From the NCBI GenBank assembly GCA_964607285.1, contig CAZSJW010000001.1, positions 250,555 to 314,554 on the forward strand: a DNA stretch of 64,000 nucleotides, written 5' to 3'. This document shows positions 1 to 9,901 of the stretch, in pieces. Position 1 is the first letter of the stretch; each line of letters starts with the position of its first letter. Under the pieces are notes generated by a model, which saw nothing but the letters and a program-made list of their open reading frames with translations, was not told the DNA's origin and ran no database searches. This DNA comes from an uncultured Pseudomonadales bacterium. GTDB taxonomy: Bacteria > Patescibacteriota > Microgenomatia > UBA1400 > PJMF01. A program made the translations under genes and the position numbers.

Positions 1-114
1 TCTGTAGACATGTCTGAACTGCAAGAACTTGAAGAACTGGTTGATACGGCAATGAAAACAAAAAGTGCCACTAAGAAAAAATCAACCAAAACCAAACGAA
101 CAATTAAAAAATAA
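1..114 (+). CDS. 3' end of an upstream gene; C-terminal fragment with a Lys-rich tail ...MSELQELEELVDTAMKTKSATKKKSTKTKRTIKK*. Product not recognisable.
   Basis: The frame is open from base 1 to a TAA at 112-114. It continues in from outside the window. Confidence 0.3.
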   Translation, partial: SVDMSELQELEELVDTAMKTKSATKKKSTKTKRTIKK

Positions 115-140
115 CTTGCTTCAACCCACACAAGGATTGT

Positions 141-1259
141 ATGCATATTGCGATTGATTGCCGGCTGGGTGGCATTGCTCACGCCGGCATTGGTCGATAC
201 ATCACTCACATTGTTCAGGAATTGATCGCACTATCAACCCCTGATGTTCATTGGAGCATCATCTGTAGAGACGCAGCGCAGGCAAGTGAAGTACTTGGAA
301 AGTTTCAGAAACACAAATCCGTTGCTGTAGTGTTTGTCCGTGCTAGACACTACACAATCAGAGAACAACTAGAACTTATTCCCGTGCTTTGGCGACTAAA
401 ACCAGATGTTTTTCACGTTCCGCATTTTAATGCGCCAGTTTTCTATTTTGGAAAAACCGTAGTAACCATCCATGATTTGCTGTGGCATGAAATGCGGGGC
501 AGTAGTGTTACCACACTTCCAGCTTGGCAATACTGGCTTAAGTACTACTTTTACAAGCTGATAACAAGTATAGGTATATCGCATGCATCAAAAGTCTTGG
601 TGCCCACGAAAGCCGTAAGTAATACTATTCTCTCATTTTACCCAAACGCAAAGCAAAAAATTCAAATTACTAAGGAAGGCGTTTCAGCTTCTTTCCTAAG
701 TAAAAAGCCAGCAACATACTCTTGGACTGCCCGCAGCCAAGCAGGCCTGCTATATGTTGGTTCTTTGTACCCTCATAAGAATGTAGAGCTTGTTCTCAAG
801 GCAGTACAGCGTATGTCTGATACAACCTTAAAAATTGTCGGTGCTCGTTCAGCATTTCTTCCTGAAGTACAGGCACTGGCAGCTCAATTGGGTATAGCGA
901 ATAGGGTAGAATTTACCGGAGCACTAAGTGACACTGAACTTGCAAAAGCGTATCAAACAGCCACTGCTCTTGTACAACCTTCTCGTTCAGAAGGATTTGG
1001 TCTTACTGGTATAGAAGCAATGGCAAGTGGAACACCTGTTCTTTGTTCTAACATACTAGTATTTAGGGAAGTGTACGCAGACAACGCTTTCTACTTCGAC
1101 CCAACCTCAGTTGACTCATTCATTGCTACCTACTCCCAACTGAAACAAAAGAAATCTGCTTCAAAAATTGCTGCTGCCTACTCGTATGCTAGCACTTTCT
1201 CGTGGAAGTCTACAGCAAGTGAAACAATGTCCGCATACACACAAGCAGCGTATGCATAA
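141..1259 (+). CDS. Glycosyltransferase family 4 (GT-B fold, group 1)
   Basis: 372-aa ORF. Its C-terminal region carries the GT4 signature ...SRSEGFGLTGIEAMASGTPVLCSN... Confidence 0.7.
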   Translation: MHIAIDCRLGGIAHAGIGRYITHIVQELIALSTPDVHWSIICRDAAQASEVLGKFQKHKSVAVVFVRARHYTIREQLELIPVLWRLKPDVFHVPHFNAPVFYFGKTVVTIHDLLWHEMRGSSVTTLPAWQYWLKYYFYKLITSIGISHASKVLVPTKAVSNTILSFYPNAKQKIQITKEGVSASFLSKKPATYSWTARSQAGLLYVGSLYPHKNVELVLKAVQRMSDTTLKIVGARSAFLPEVQALAAQLGIANRVEFTGALSDTELAKAYQTATALVQPSRSEGFGLTGIEAMASGTPVLCSNILVFREVYADNAFYFDPTSVDSFIATYSQLKQKKSASKIAAAYSYASTFSWKSTASETMSAYTQAAYA

Positions 1260-2493
1260 TCAAGTTCTGACAGATAGCGAGCTATCTAGAAACCCTACAG
1301 TTGCAATTGTATATGACAAGGCAAGTGTGTCTTTTGGTGGCGCGGAACGAGTACTGAGTGCACTTCACGAATTGTATCCTCAGGCACCATTATTTACCTC
1401 ACTTTTCTCTTCCATGGCCCAGCAGTGGAACAGAGATATGCCCGTTGTTCCTTCATTCCTGCAATTCTTGAACTGGATTCCTAACAGTTACCGCCTTCTT
1501 GTCCCATTCTTTCCCTTAGCGTTTGAATCTTTTTCACTAGCTGATTTTGACATAATTGTATCTGTAACCAGTGGTGAAGCCAAAGGTGTACTAACAAAGC
1601 CAGACCAGTTGCATATTTGTTATCTGCTTACCCCACCTAGATATCTATACAGCCATGCACATGAGTATGAGTCTCACCCATCTGTCTCAAGTCGGATGCT
1701 ACAACCCTTCATTCGGACAGCGACCAAATATCTGAGATGGTGGGATCAAGCAGCGATTCACCGACCAGACTATATAGTTCCTATTTCACAGCTAGTGGCG
1801 AAAAGAGTGACCACATACTACAAACTAGGTACAGAGAAGGTACTGTACCCACCCGTTGCAGCCACATCTATCGAAAAAGCTTACAGTTTACCGTACAAGT
1901 ATTTTCTCAGCGTTTCCCGTCTGGTACCGTATAAAAGAGTAGACCTGAGCATTGCTGCCTGTGTAAAGCACCAGAAAACCCTCATAATTGTAGGCAGTGG
2001 CATGGAATACCAAAGATTGTTTACACTCGCCGCCAGCAACGCTGCAGTCAGAAAAAAAGATCAAAACCTCTATACATTTCTCCTAAGCGCCAGTAAGCTG
2101 CAAGCAACTATTTTATTTGTTGGTAATGTCTCTGAGGATGAACTACAGAAGCTATACGCTGGAGCAATAGCTCTAGTGCTCCCAGGACTTGAAGATTTTG
2201 GTATAGCAGCACTAGAAGCTGCCCTGCAAGGTACTCCAACAATTATGCAAAAAAACAGTGGTGTTGCAGAGATACTGACTGCTCCAAAACTTAGTATTCC
2301 TTTGTTAGAATTGACTGTTGATGCTATGATAGACAGTATGAAAAAGCTGGAAAAAACAAAATTTTCATCTGGACCACTCCAAGCTGCGGCTAGAAATCAT
2401 ACAACTTCATACTTTAAAAAGAGCTTCGCCCGACTGGTGAATCAGTTATGGCGACATCACAATACTACAAAGGAAACCTATGTCTCATCTTGA
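1252..2493 (+). CDS. Glycosyltransferase, GT1/GT4-like
   Basis: The ORF track starts at 1168. I chose the in-frame ATG at 1252 (MHNQ...), which overlaps the upstream stop by only 8 nt. C-terminal motif LPGLEDFGIAALEAALQGTPTI is an E-x-F-G...E-A GT4-like motif. Confidence 0.55.
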   Translation: MHNQVLTDSELSRNPTVAIVYDKASVSFGGAERVLSALHELYPQAPLFTSLFSSMAQQWNRDMPVVPSFLQFLNWIPNSYRLLVPFFPLAFESFSLADFDIIVSVTSGEAKGVLTKPDQLHICYLLTPPRYLYSHAHEYESHPSVSSRMLQPFIRTATKYLRWWDQAAIHRPDYIVPISQLVAKRVTTYYKLGTEKVLYPPVAATSIEKAYSLPYKYFLSVSRLVPYKRVDLSIAACVKHQKTLIIVGSGMEYQRLFTLAASNAAVRKKDQNLYTFLLSASKLQATILFVGNVSEDELQKLYAGAIALVLPGLEDFGIAALEAALQGTPTIMQKNSGVAEILTAPKLSIPLLELTVDAMIDSMKKLEKTKFSSGPLQAAARNHTTSYFKKSFARLVNQLWRHHNTTKETYVSS

Positions 2494-3583
2494 CCATGTC
2501 TACGCAGTTGTACTAGCTGGAGGTGGTGGCACAAGACTGTGGCCCAAAAGCCGTAATACTTCACCAAAACAGTTTTTGAAGCTTGTCGGTGACGAGACAA
2601 TGATTCAGGTTTCTGCTGCTCGTATCACTAAACTCGTACCATGGGAACGGGTGATTGTTGTGACAAATGAGCTATACAAAAATGAAGTCCACGAGCAACT
2701 ACCACAGGTACCTGTGGAAAATATTATTGCGGAGCCTCAGAAACGAGATACCGCATTAGCTATGTTGGTTGGAACCCTATATGCGAAATCTCTGGACCCA
2801 AATGCCATTATCGTCAACCTAGCTTCTGACCACATTGTGACAGATACTAAAGAGTTTTTGCGTGTTATGACAGCAGCTACAAAAGTCGCATTTGAACAGG
2901 ATGTGCTTGTGACTGTGGGTATTCAACCAACGTTTCCATCTAGTGGGTTTGGATACATTAAGATCGGCAATGATCTACAAAAGCTTGATAAGGGATTATC
3001 ATTATTCACCGTAGATAGTTTTACAGAAAAACCAAATGTTGCTACTGCACAAGCTTTTATTTCTACTGGTAAGTACTTCTGGAATGCGAACATGTATGTC
3101 TGGTCAGCAAAGTCACTACTGGCAGCTTTTGAAAAGTACATGCCTTCACTGTATGAACTTACTAAAAACCTTAGCTCTGAATCAGCAGAATTATTTCATA
3201 GCAAACTTGCAGCGATTTACCAAAACTCTGAGAGCATCTCTATAGATTACGCAATTTCAGAAAAAGCGAACAATTTAGTGCTCATCCCTGGAGATTTCGG
3301 TTGGAATGATGTGGGGGACTGGAAAGTTGTCTATGACCTTGGCACTAAAGACTCGGCAGGAAACGTAATCATGGGTGAACATACAATTGTTCAAACACTT
3401 GCAATTAACTCTAAAAATAACCTCGTTCACACTAATGGCAGATTAGTGGCATTGTATGGTATGAGCGACATGATTGTCATTGATACAGAAGAAATCCTGA
3501 TGGTTATACCAAAAGCTATGAGCCAAGATGTCAAAAAACTTGTGGAACACCTTAAAGCAGAGAATAAAAATGAGTATTTGTGA
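2480..3583 (+). CDS. Mannose-1-phosphate guanylyltransferase-like sugar-1-phosphate nucleotidyltransferase
   Basis: N-terminal VYAVVLAGGGGTRLWPKSR is the nucleotidyltransferase G-rich loop. Length of 367 aa fits ManC/GDP-mannose pyrophosphorylase. Confidence 0.7.
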   Translation: MSHLDHVYAVVLAGGGGTRLWPKSRNTSPKQFLKLVGDETMIQVSAARITKLVPWERVIVVTNELYKNEVHEQLPQVPVENIIAEPQKRDTALAMLVGTLYAKSLDPNAIIVNLASDHIVTDTKEFLRVMTAATKVAFEQDVLVTVGIQPTFPSSGFGYIKIGNDLQKLDKGLSLFTVDSFTEKPNVATAQAFISTGKYFWNANMYVWSAKSLLAAFEKYMPSLYELTKNLSSESAELFHSKLAAIYQNSESISIDYAISEKANNLVLIPGDFGWNDVGDWKVVYDLGTKDSAGNVIMGEHTIVQTLAINSKNNLVHTNGRLVALYGMSDMIVIDTEEILMVIPKAMSQDVKKLVEHLKAENKNEYL

Positions 3584-4254
3584 TCAACGCATGTTATATA
3601 CTGATGGGGTTCTTTTCTAGTATACTGAGCATAATGTCATACGCAGAACAAAAACGATTACTTGATTTAGTGGTAGCAACTATACTTGCGGTCGTGTTTT
3701 TGCCAATATGGTTTCTGATCCCAATTTTAATTTATGTGGACTCAGGTTTTCCAATTATTTTCAAACATAGACGTGTTGGCAAAAATGGCATGGCATTTGA
3801 TCTATACAAGTTTCGTTCTATGGTGCCAGATGCTGATGAAATCTTGCATAAGCGAAATCCACAGCTCCTAGAACAGTTTAAAAATGGTGACTGGAAAATT
3901 CAAAATGATCCTAGAATTACTAGACTGGGTAGGGTTCTCCGTTCGCTAACCATAGATGAATTCCCTCAGCTATACAATGTCTTTCGTGGTGAGATGAGTA
4001 TGATTGGTCCAAGAGCCTACGTCCAAAAAGAGCTCGATGAACAAACTACAAGATACCCTGAGACTAAACAATACGTTAGTCATATTCTTTCTGTAAAACC
4101 AGGGATCACTGGCCCTTGGCAAACAAGCGGCAGAAACGAGGTCCCATTCAAAACTCGTGCCAAAATGGATGCACAATATGCAAAAAAACAGTCTATCTGG
4201 GAAGATATTCAGATCTTGCTCAAAACACCTCAAGCGATGATCTCAAAATGGTAA
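3580..4254 (+). CDS. Polyprenyl-phosphate sugar phosphotransferase (bacterial sugar transferase, WbaP/PglC-like C-terminal domain)
   Basis: GTG start at 3580 overlaps the upstream stop; an alternative ATG is at 3604. There is one N-terminal TM helix. Motifs present: KFRSM, DE(I/L)PQL, PGITGPWQ(T)SGR. Confidence 0.75.
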   Translation: MINACYILMGFFSSILSIMSYAEQKRLLDLVVATILAVVFLPIWFLIPILIYVDSGFPIIFKHRRVGKNGMAFDLYKFRSMVPDADEILHKRNPQLLEQFKNGDWKIQNDPRITRLGRVLRSLTIDEFPQLYNVFRGEMSMIGPRAYVQKELDEQTTRYPETKQYVSHILSVKPGITGPWQTSGRNEVPFKTRAKMDAQYAKKQSIWEDIQILLKTPQAMISKW

Positions 4255-4284
4255 ATCACAATACTTTTTGCTATACTTGCCCCT

Positions 4285-6291
4285 ATGCCCAACGCGCACA
4301 CTCCTAGTAACTCCGATACACACGAAACTATAGCTACTCGATTGTATGAGGATACGATTACGGGCGTTTCCTCAGACCCTGCTGCACCAACTACTCCTGT
4401 AAAAAGCCGACTAAAAAAAAGCTGGAGCAAACGGAGTAAGATACTGCTGATTTCATTGCTTTTACTGTTACTTAGCTTTATTAGTACCGCTAGTGTGCTT
4501 GGATTTTACAGTTATCGTGTTGTTCTGTCGCTACGCGAACAAGCAACGATTGGTGAAACACAAGCCCGAGAAGCATATCAATTATTCAAGGCACAAGATT
4601 TACCAGGAGCAAAAAGTAAAATTGCAGACTTACAAAAAACTGTAGATACCACTAACTCACTATACGGTAAATTGTCATTTGCACGGTACATGCCAATTGC
4701 GAGAGGCTACTACACTGATGGACAACATGGCATGAACGCCGCTCAGGCTGGTCTGCGTGCTGCAGAACAATCAATGGCAGCTGTTGAACCATACGCCGAT
4801 GTACTCGGCTTCACAGGTGAAGGTTCATTTACGGGCGGTACCACAGAAGACAGACTAAAAGTCATATTAGAAACACTAGATAAAGTAACGCCGCTGTTCG
4901 ACCAGATCACAGAAGAGATGCGTACAGTGGAAACTGAGCTGGCAGCAATTGACCCAAATAGATATCCAGAGGATTTTAAAGACAAACCTATTCGTTCATA
5001 CATCCTGCAAGTACAAGAGTTAAGCACTGGTGCTGTAAGTGCACTGACTGAGTACCGACCCGTGCTTGAACAGTTACCAGATGTAGCAGGAGGTAGAGGT
5101 GAAAGAAAAAAGTACCTGATTTTATTTCAGAACGATAATGAGCTCCGACCAACCGGCGGTTTCTTGACAGCCTATGCCATTATCAATGTAGAAAATGGCA
5201 AAGTGGAAGCAGAAAAATCAGATGACATCTATGAACTAGACCAGAAGTATAAAAAAACAGAAGCTATTCCACCTGAACTAGGCAGATATCTCACTACTGA
5301 GAAACTGTGGAATTTACGTGATATGAATGTTTCGCCAGATTTCAAAACGTCAATGGATCAATTTTACAGTGTGTACAAGAACATTCCTGGTGAACCAGAG
5401 AGCATTGATGGCATAATTGCAGTAGACACCCACTTCCTGACAAACCTGATGAAAGTGCTCGGCCCTGTGGAAGTTCCTGGATACGGCACATTTAGTGCTG
5501 AAAATGATCCTCGCTGTGACTGTCCGCAAATTATCTACGTCTTGTCAGAAATTATTACCAGACCAACTCCATACCTGCGTGAAGATCGAAAAGGAATTTT
5601 AGGTCCTCTCATGCGTTCACTGCTAACGAAAGCCTATACTGCACCAAAACAGCAATGGCCTCAGTTGTTCGAGACAGGATTCAAGAGTGTCATGGCTCGT
5701 CATGCACAGATGTACTTCCTTGATGAAAGTGCACAAGCAGCAGCTGAAACTGCACAAGCTGCTGGCAGAATGCAACCTGTAGAGAACAGTGACTTCCTAG
5801 GTATAGTCAATGCAAACCTTGGTGGTGCCAAATCCAACTTATTTGTCAGCTATGATGCAGTACAAACCGTCTCAGCGCCACGTGACGGTATGATCACTAA
5901 ATCAGTCGAAATTACCTACAAAAACTCCCGTAAAGGGGACAACTGCAATCTTGAAGCAGGTCTGCTATGTTTGAACTCAACACTTCGAGACTGGACAAGA
6001 ATTTATGTGCCTGCAGGCTCTGAGCTGGTAGAGGCACAAGGATTCACAGAGGAAGCTAAAATCTATGATGAAAACGGCTTTACCGTTTTTGACGGATTTT
6101 TTACGCTAGAACCACTCGGTACAGCCAAACTAAAACTCACCTATAAAGTTCCTTACAATGATATGGAAAAATATCGCATCACTGTTTGGAAACAAGGTGG
6201 CATTGAACGCTATGAGCTACTCTCCGATGTAGAGGGCGGACAAGAGAAAGTACTTGTAGAATCAGATCTCACATACGAAACTGAGTTCTAG
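4285..6291 (+). CDS. DUF4012-like envelope protein with an N-terminal TM anchor and a large extracytoplasmic domain
   Basis: 668 aa with a TM helix at residues ~55-75. Motif LFQNDNELRPTGGFLTAYAIINVENGKV resembles the conserved RPTGGF core I recall for DUF4012. It sits directly beside the sugar transferase, as is usual for that family. Confidence 0.5.
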   Translation: MPNAHTPSNSDTHETIATRLYEDTITGVSSDPAAPTTPVKSRLKKSWSKRSKILLISLLLLLLSFISTASVLGFYSYRVVLSLREQATIGETQAREAYQLFKAQDLPGAKSKIADLQKTVDTTNSLYGKLSFARYMPIARGYYTDGQHGMNAAQAGLRAAEQSMAAVEPYADVLGFTGEGSFTGGTTEDRLKVILETLDKVTPLFDQITEEMRTVETELAAIDPNRYPEDFKDKPIRSYILQVQELSTGAVSALTEYRPVLEQLPDVAGGRGERKKYLILFQNDNELRPTGGFLTAYAIINVENGKVEAEKSDDIYELDQKYKKTEAIPPELGRYLTTEKLWNLRDMNVSPDFKTSMDQFYSVYKNIPGEPESIDGIIAVDTHFLTNLMKVLGPVEVPGYGTFSAENDPRCDCPQIIYVLSEIITRPTPYLREDRKGILGPLMRSLLTKAYTAPKQQWPQLFETGFKSVMARHAQMYFLDESAQAAAETAQAAGRMQPVENSDFLGIVNANLGGAKSNLFVSYDAVQTVSAPRDGMITKSVEITYKNSRKGDNCNLEAGLLCLNSTLRDWTRIYVPAGSELVEAQGFTEEAKIYDENGFTVFDGFFTLEPLGTAKLKLTYKVPYNDMEKYRITVWKQGGIERYELLSDVEGGQEKVLVESDLTYETEF

Positions 6292-6305
6292 GCTACAATA
6301 CAGTC

Positions 6306-6848
6306 ATGGCATCTCGAACATTTTCAGCGCAAGGCATAATCTTGAAGCGCACTGATAGTGGTGAACAAGACCGTATTGTCCACATCCTTACTAAAGAGCG
6401 TGGGAAAATGATTTGCGTTGCTAAAGGAGTTCGCCGTATCACTTCCTCCAAAGCAAGCAGCTTAGAACCTGGCAACTTCATCTCTGGTTTTTTCGTTGAA
6501 ACAAAAAGCTGGCCACTACTGACTCAAGCAAAACTGATTGCAGACTGCGCAACCATGCCGAGAACACTACAAGCGTTTAGGCAACTTTCGCAAATATTAG
6601 AAATATTTGACCAAGTATTCGTGGAAGAAGAAATTGATACACCAATGTTTACTCTAATTACCAAGCTACGAAGCACCGTGACAAAGCCCGTCGTATCTAC
6701 TGCTCTCATTAGGGCTCAATTAAGTCTTCTTATCACACAGTTGGGCTTCCCTCACCCAGACACCCGACCAAACCTTACTATCAGTGACTATATTTCACAA
6801 CTCACCGAGCGACAAATAAAAAGTTATGACTACCTGAAAACTAAGTAG
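6306..6848 (+). CDS. recO: DNA repair protein RecO (short form, 180 aa)
   Basis: N-terminus SAQGIILKRTDSGEQDRIVHILTKERGKMICVAKGVRR matches the RecO OB-fold N-terminal domain pattern. It is shorter than typical RecO (~240 aa). Confidence 0.6.
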   Translation: MASRTFSAQGIILKRTDSGEQDRIVHILTKERGKMICVAKGVRRITSSKASSLEPGNFISGFFVETKSWPLLTQAKLIADCATMPRTLQAFRQLSQILEIFDQVFVEEEIDTPMFTLITKLRSTVTKPVVSTALIRAQLSLLITQLGFPHPDTRPNLTISDYISQLTERQIKSYDYLKTK

Positions 6849-6856
6849 CTCTCACA

Positions 6857-6865
6857 TGGTATACT
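6857..6865 (+). promoter_or_regulatory. Extended -10 promoter element (TGgTATACT) for the glyQS leader
   Basis: catgGTATACTaac sits directly after the recO stop, about 150 nt upstream of the glyQS ATG. Confidence 0.3.
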
Positions 6866-6871
6866 AACTAC

Positions 6872-7012
6872 TGTGTACTACTGAGTCTGTGGCAAGCTCA
6901 AAAAAAAGTAGGATCACACTGAAAGTGTTTCGCAGTTAGCGAGAAAAAAGGGTGGAACCGCCGAACATTGTTTGGTCCCTTTAGTAACAAATGTTGCACG
7001 GGAAAGGGTTTC
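6872..7012 (+). promoter_or_regulatory. Candidate T-box riboswitch leader (glycine-specific) upstream of glyQS
   Basis: T-box core AAAAAGGGTGGAACCGCCG at 6944-6963 (consensus AAUUAGGGUGGNACCGCG). The variable base gives UGGA, complementary to the ACCA end of a tRNA with discriminator U. The tRNA-Gly(CCC) in this window has discriminator U. Candidate specifier GGC-A at 6891-6894. Downstream, CCCTTT (6977-6982) can pair with the SD-like GGGAAAGGG (7000-7008), giving a possible SD-sequestering helix. Confidence 0.45.
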
Positions 7013-8404
7013 ATGCTAATTGCACAAAGTTCTCAACCATCTCTAGAGCAGATTACTTCTTTGGCAAAGCGCCGTGGTTTTGTGTACCAAACATCTAGCA
7101 TTTACGGTGGCTTGACTAGTTCGTATGATTTAGGTCCACTTGGGACTGAGCTTATGCGCAACATTCGTGCAGCCTGGTGGGAGTTCTTTATTTCCAGACG
7201 ACCAGATATGGTGGGCCTAGACTCACAAATCATGCTGCACCCACAGACTTGGGTTGCGTCAGGACATGTTGCCTCTTTTAGTGACCCGCTTGTTGAAGAT
7301 ACGGTGACAAAAAAAAGATATCGGGCAGATCACTTGATAGAGGCCTGGCTTAACAAGCATCCCGACAGCTCTATAGTTGTTGAGACAATGGATCTAACGG
7401 CTATGGCGGTTTTCTTGACAGAACACAATGTCCTGAGTCCTGATGGAAATGCCATCACCGAACCGAAGTCATTCAACCTCTTGTTTGAGACCGAAATTGG
7501 TTCTGTGGCGGGAGACAAAGCAAAAGTCTACCTGCGCGGAGAAACTGCACAAGGTATTTTCACTAACTTTAAAAATATCTTAGATTCAACCCGCGTCCAA
7601 CTGCCATTTGGTGTTGGTCAGATTGGAAAAAGCTTCCGCAATGAAATCACTACGGGACAGTTTGTCTTCCGCACACTAGAGTTTGAACAAGCCGAAATCG
7701 AGTACTTTTTCAACCCTCAACAGACGGACTGGAAAGTGCTCTTCAAAGAGTGGCAAGACTTGATGTGGGAATTTGTGACAGAAGTCATTGGGATACAGCC
7801 AAAAAATTTGCGCTGGCGCACACACACCGATACTGAGCGAAGCTTCTATAGCTTAGAAACAATGGACCTTGAGTATCTCTTCTCATTCGGCTGGAAAGAA
7901 CTGTGGGGCATTGCATACCGTACTGACTATGATCTCAAGCAACATGAAGTGTTAAGTGGCGAATCACTCCACTACACCGACCCTCATTCAGGCGAATCAT
8001 TCATTCCCCACGTTATCGAGCCCGCACTTGGCTTATCTAGGCTTTTCCTAATGCTACTAACTGATAGTTATATTGTGGACACTGAACGAAACCGCACTGT
8101 ATTGCGATTACCAAAATCCTTGGCCCCTACCAGAGCAGCAGTGTTTCCTCTGGTTCGCAACAAACCAGAACTGGTTGCTGCTGCTAAGGATATATGGCAG
8201 ACGCTTGCGCCTCATCATAGAGTCAGTTGGGATGACAGAGGTAACATTGGTAAACGATACTTATACCAAGATGAAGTGGGCACTCCATACTGCATAACAG
8301 TGGACTACCAAACACTGGAGGATCAAACAGTTACTATACGCGAACGTGACACAGCTACACAACAACGAATTGCTATCTCCAAACTCATAGAATTCTTGAG
8401 GTAA
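7013..8404 (+). CDS. glyQS: Glycine--tRNA ligase, single-chain alpha2 (class II) type
   Basis: The stretch LAKRRGFVYQTSSIYGGLTSSYDLGPLGTELMRNIRAAWW...HPQTWVASGHVASFSDPLVEDTVTKKRYRADHL is near-collinear with Thermus/archaeal-type GlyRS. The start at 7013 is supported by the SD GGAAAGGG 5 nt upstream; the ORF track starts at 6968. Confidence 0.9.
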   Translation: MLIAQSSQPSLEQITSLAKRRGFVYQTSSIYGGLTSSYDLGPLGTELMRNIRAAWWEFFISRRPDMVGLDSQIMLHPQTWVASGHVASFSDPLVEDTVTKKRYRADHLIEAWLNKHPDSSIVVETMDLTAMAVFLTEHNVLSPDGNAITEPKSFNLLFETEIGSVAGDKAKVYLRGETAQGIFTNFKNILDSTRVQLPFGVGQIGKSFRNEITTGQFVFRTLEFEQAEIEYFFNPQQTDWKVLFKEWQDLMWEFVTEVIGIQPKNLRWRTHTDTERSFYSLETMDLEYLFSFGWKELWGIAYRTDYDLKQHEVLSGESLHYTDPHSGESFIPHVIEPALGLSRLFLMLLTDSYIVDTERNRTVLRLPKSLAPTRAAVFPLVRNKPELVAAAKDIWQTLAPHHRVSWDDRGNIGKRYLYQDEVGTPYCITVDYQTLEDQTVTIRERDTATQQRIAISKLIEFLR

Positions 8405-8438
8405 GTGACAGTTTGCGACTCTAGTATTTTAGTATAGA

Positions 8439-9248
8439 ATGGCCTCTATGCAGAAAAAGCTCATTATCCCGATAGCTGTTGTTTTACTTATCATTGGCGG
8501 TGTCAGTGCATATTTTTTGACCAGAGAAAACAAAACCGATGTAGCTGATACTAGGAAACAAAAGAAGAAAGTTGAAGAGCCTGTGAATGTCATCCCCGTA
8601 GCAGAACGCCCCTACGTACAGATCTCACCAGTAGCTGATGGCAGAAATATTGAACTACTTGTTAAATCGCTCAACAAACCAGCAACAAGCGCAGAGTATG
8701 AGCTTGAGTACCAGTCAGGCACTTTACTGCAAGGAGCGTTTGGTTTACTTGAGCTATCACAAGTTCCTGCAAAGGAAACAATTTTACTAGGCAGCTGTAG
8801 CGCAGGTGGCAAGTGTACTTACCATGAAGATGTGAAAGGTGGAAGTCTCAAGCTTACATTTGATGGTGCGGAGCGGTACGCAGTTAAATCAGATTGGCGA
8901 TACTTTGAGAATACAGCTAAGGAAACAGCATTTTCTTCAAAGGATGCCAAGTTTCAAATTGAGTCAAAGTCATTTGCAACCCAACCATATGTGGTAATTT
9001 ACAATAGCCCAGGGTATCCAGAGGGAGTAGAGGGTGTCGTGTCTGAAAGTTACTCATTGGCTGTGAGTAAAACAATTACTGGAACAGCTACCTTGACCAT
9101 ACGTGCTGAGCAAGAGGGTAATCTCCAGATTATGGGTTGGAATGGCAGTGAGTGGCAGAGCTTTGAGAGTACTGTAGATGGAAAGATGGTTAGTGCTGAG
9201 GTGGATTTGATGGAGTTGTATGTGGTAAAAAACCTCTTGAGTAACTAA
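8439..9248 (+). CDS. Hypothetical membrane-anchored or secreted protein
   Basis: N-terminal hydrophobic helix (KKLIIPIAVVLLIIGGVSAYFL) followed by a Ser/Thr/Gly-rich beta-like domain. No recognisable catalytic motif. Confidence 0.4.
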   Translation: MASMQKKLIIPIAVVLLIIGGVSAYFLTRENKTDVADTRKQKKKVEEPVNVIPVAERPYVQISPVADGRNIELLVKSLNKPATSAEYELEYQSGTLLQGAFGLLELSQVPAKETILLGSCSAGGKCTYHEDVKGGSLKLTFDGAERYAVKSDWRYFENTAKETAFSSKDAKFQIESKSFATQPYVVIYNSPGYPEGVEGVVSESYSLAVSKTITGTATLTIRAEQEGNLQIMGWNGSEWQSFESTVDGKMVSAEVDLMELYVVKNLLSN

Positions 9249-9259
9249 CCTTTTACTGT

Positions 9260-9901
9260 ATGAAGGATCAAGTAAGAATATCGTATAATACAATTGCTGA
9301 ACGGTACGCACAAACTAGAAAGCAATTCAGCAAGAGCAACAATTTTCACTTAGAACTACTTAATACATATCTAAAAAGTGGATCTACTGTGTTAGATCTT
9401 GGCTGTGGGTCAGGATTTCCAGTTTCAGCTTTCTTTGCAAACAAAGGTCACAAAGTAATTGGTTTGGACATTTCAGAAAAGCAGATTGAGCTTGCAAAAA
9501 GTAACGTCCCAGATGGGCAGTTTGAGGTAGGAGATATTGAAACCTTACATGAGTCAGCGTTCAAAGTTGATGCTGTACTTGCGTTTTACTCTATCTTTCA
9601 TATTTCTAGAGATAAACATGCTGAGATCATAACTAGAATAGCTAGTTTTTTAAGTCCAGGTGGAATGCTTTTGATAACTATGGGTGCTGCAGAATGGGAA
9701 GGAAATGATAACTTCCTTGGAGTTAAGATGTTTTGGAGTCACTGGGGTCAGGAAAGAAATACTGCCATTGTACTTCGCGCTGGCTTTAAGATTATCATCA
9801 ATGTAATTGATCACTCTGGTGAAGAAGAACACCAAGTAATACTCGCACAGTTAAAAAGCATTCAATTAACCAGAAAACCAATGATTTTTTCAAAACAGTA
9901 G
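9260..9901 (+). CDS. Class I SAM-dependent methyltransferase
   Basis: Motif I VLDLGCGSGFP with an acidic post-I residue (GLDIS). 213 aa. Confidence 0.65.
   Translation: MKDQVRISYNTIAERYAQTRKQFSKSNNFHLELLNTYLKSGSTVLDLGCGSGFPVSAFFANKGHKVIGLDISEKQIELAKSNVPDGQFEVGDIETLHESAFKVDAVLAFYSIFHISRDKHAEIITRIASFLSPGGMLLITMGAAEWEGNDNFLGVKMFWSHWGQERNTAIVLRAGFKIIINVIDHSGEEEHQVILAQLKSIQLTRKPMIFSKQ

Noticed and set aside
1234-1242. ATACACACA as a specific regulatory word
   Set aside because: It also occurs inside coding sequence, so the simple word is not rare. I kept only the perfect inverted repeat at 11172-11190 as a low-interest finding.
1168-1251. Upstream extension of the second glycosyltransferase (ORF track start 1168)
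   Set aside because: It would overlap the preceding GT by 92 nt. An in-frame ATG at 1252 gives the usual 8-nt overlap.
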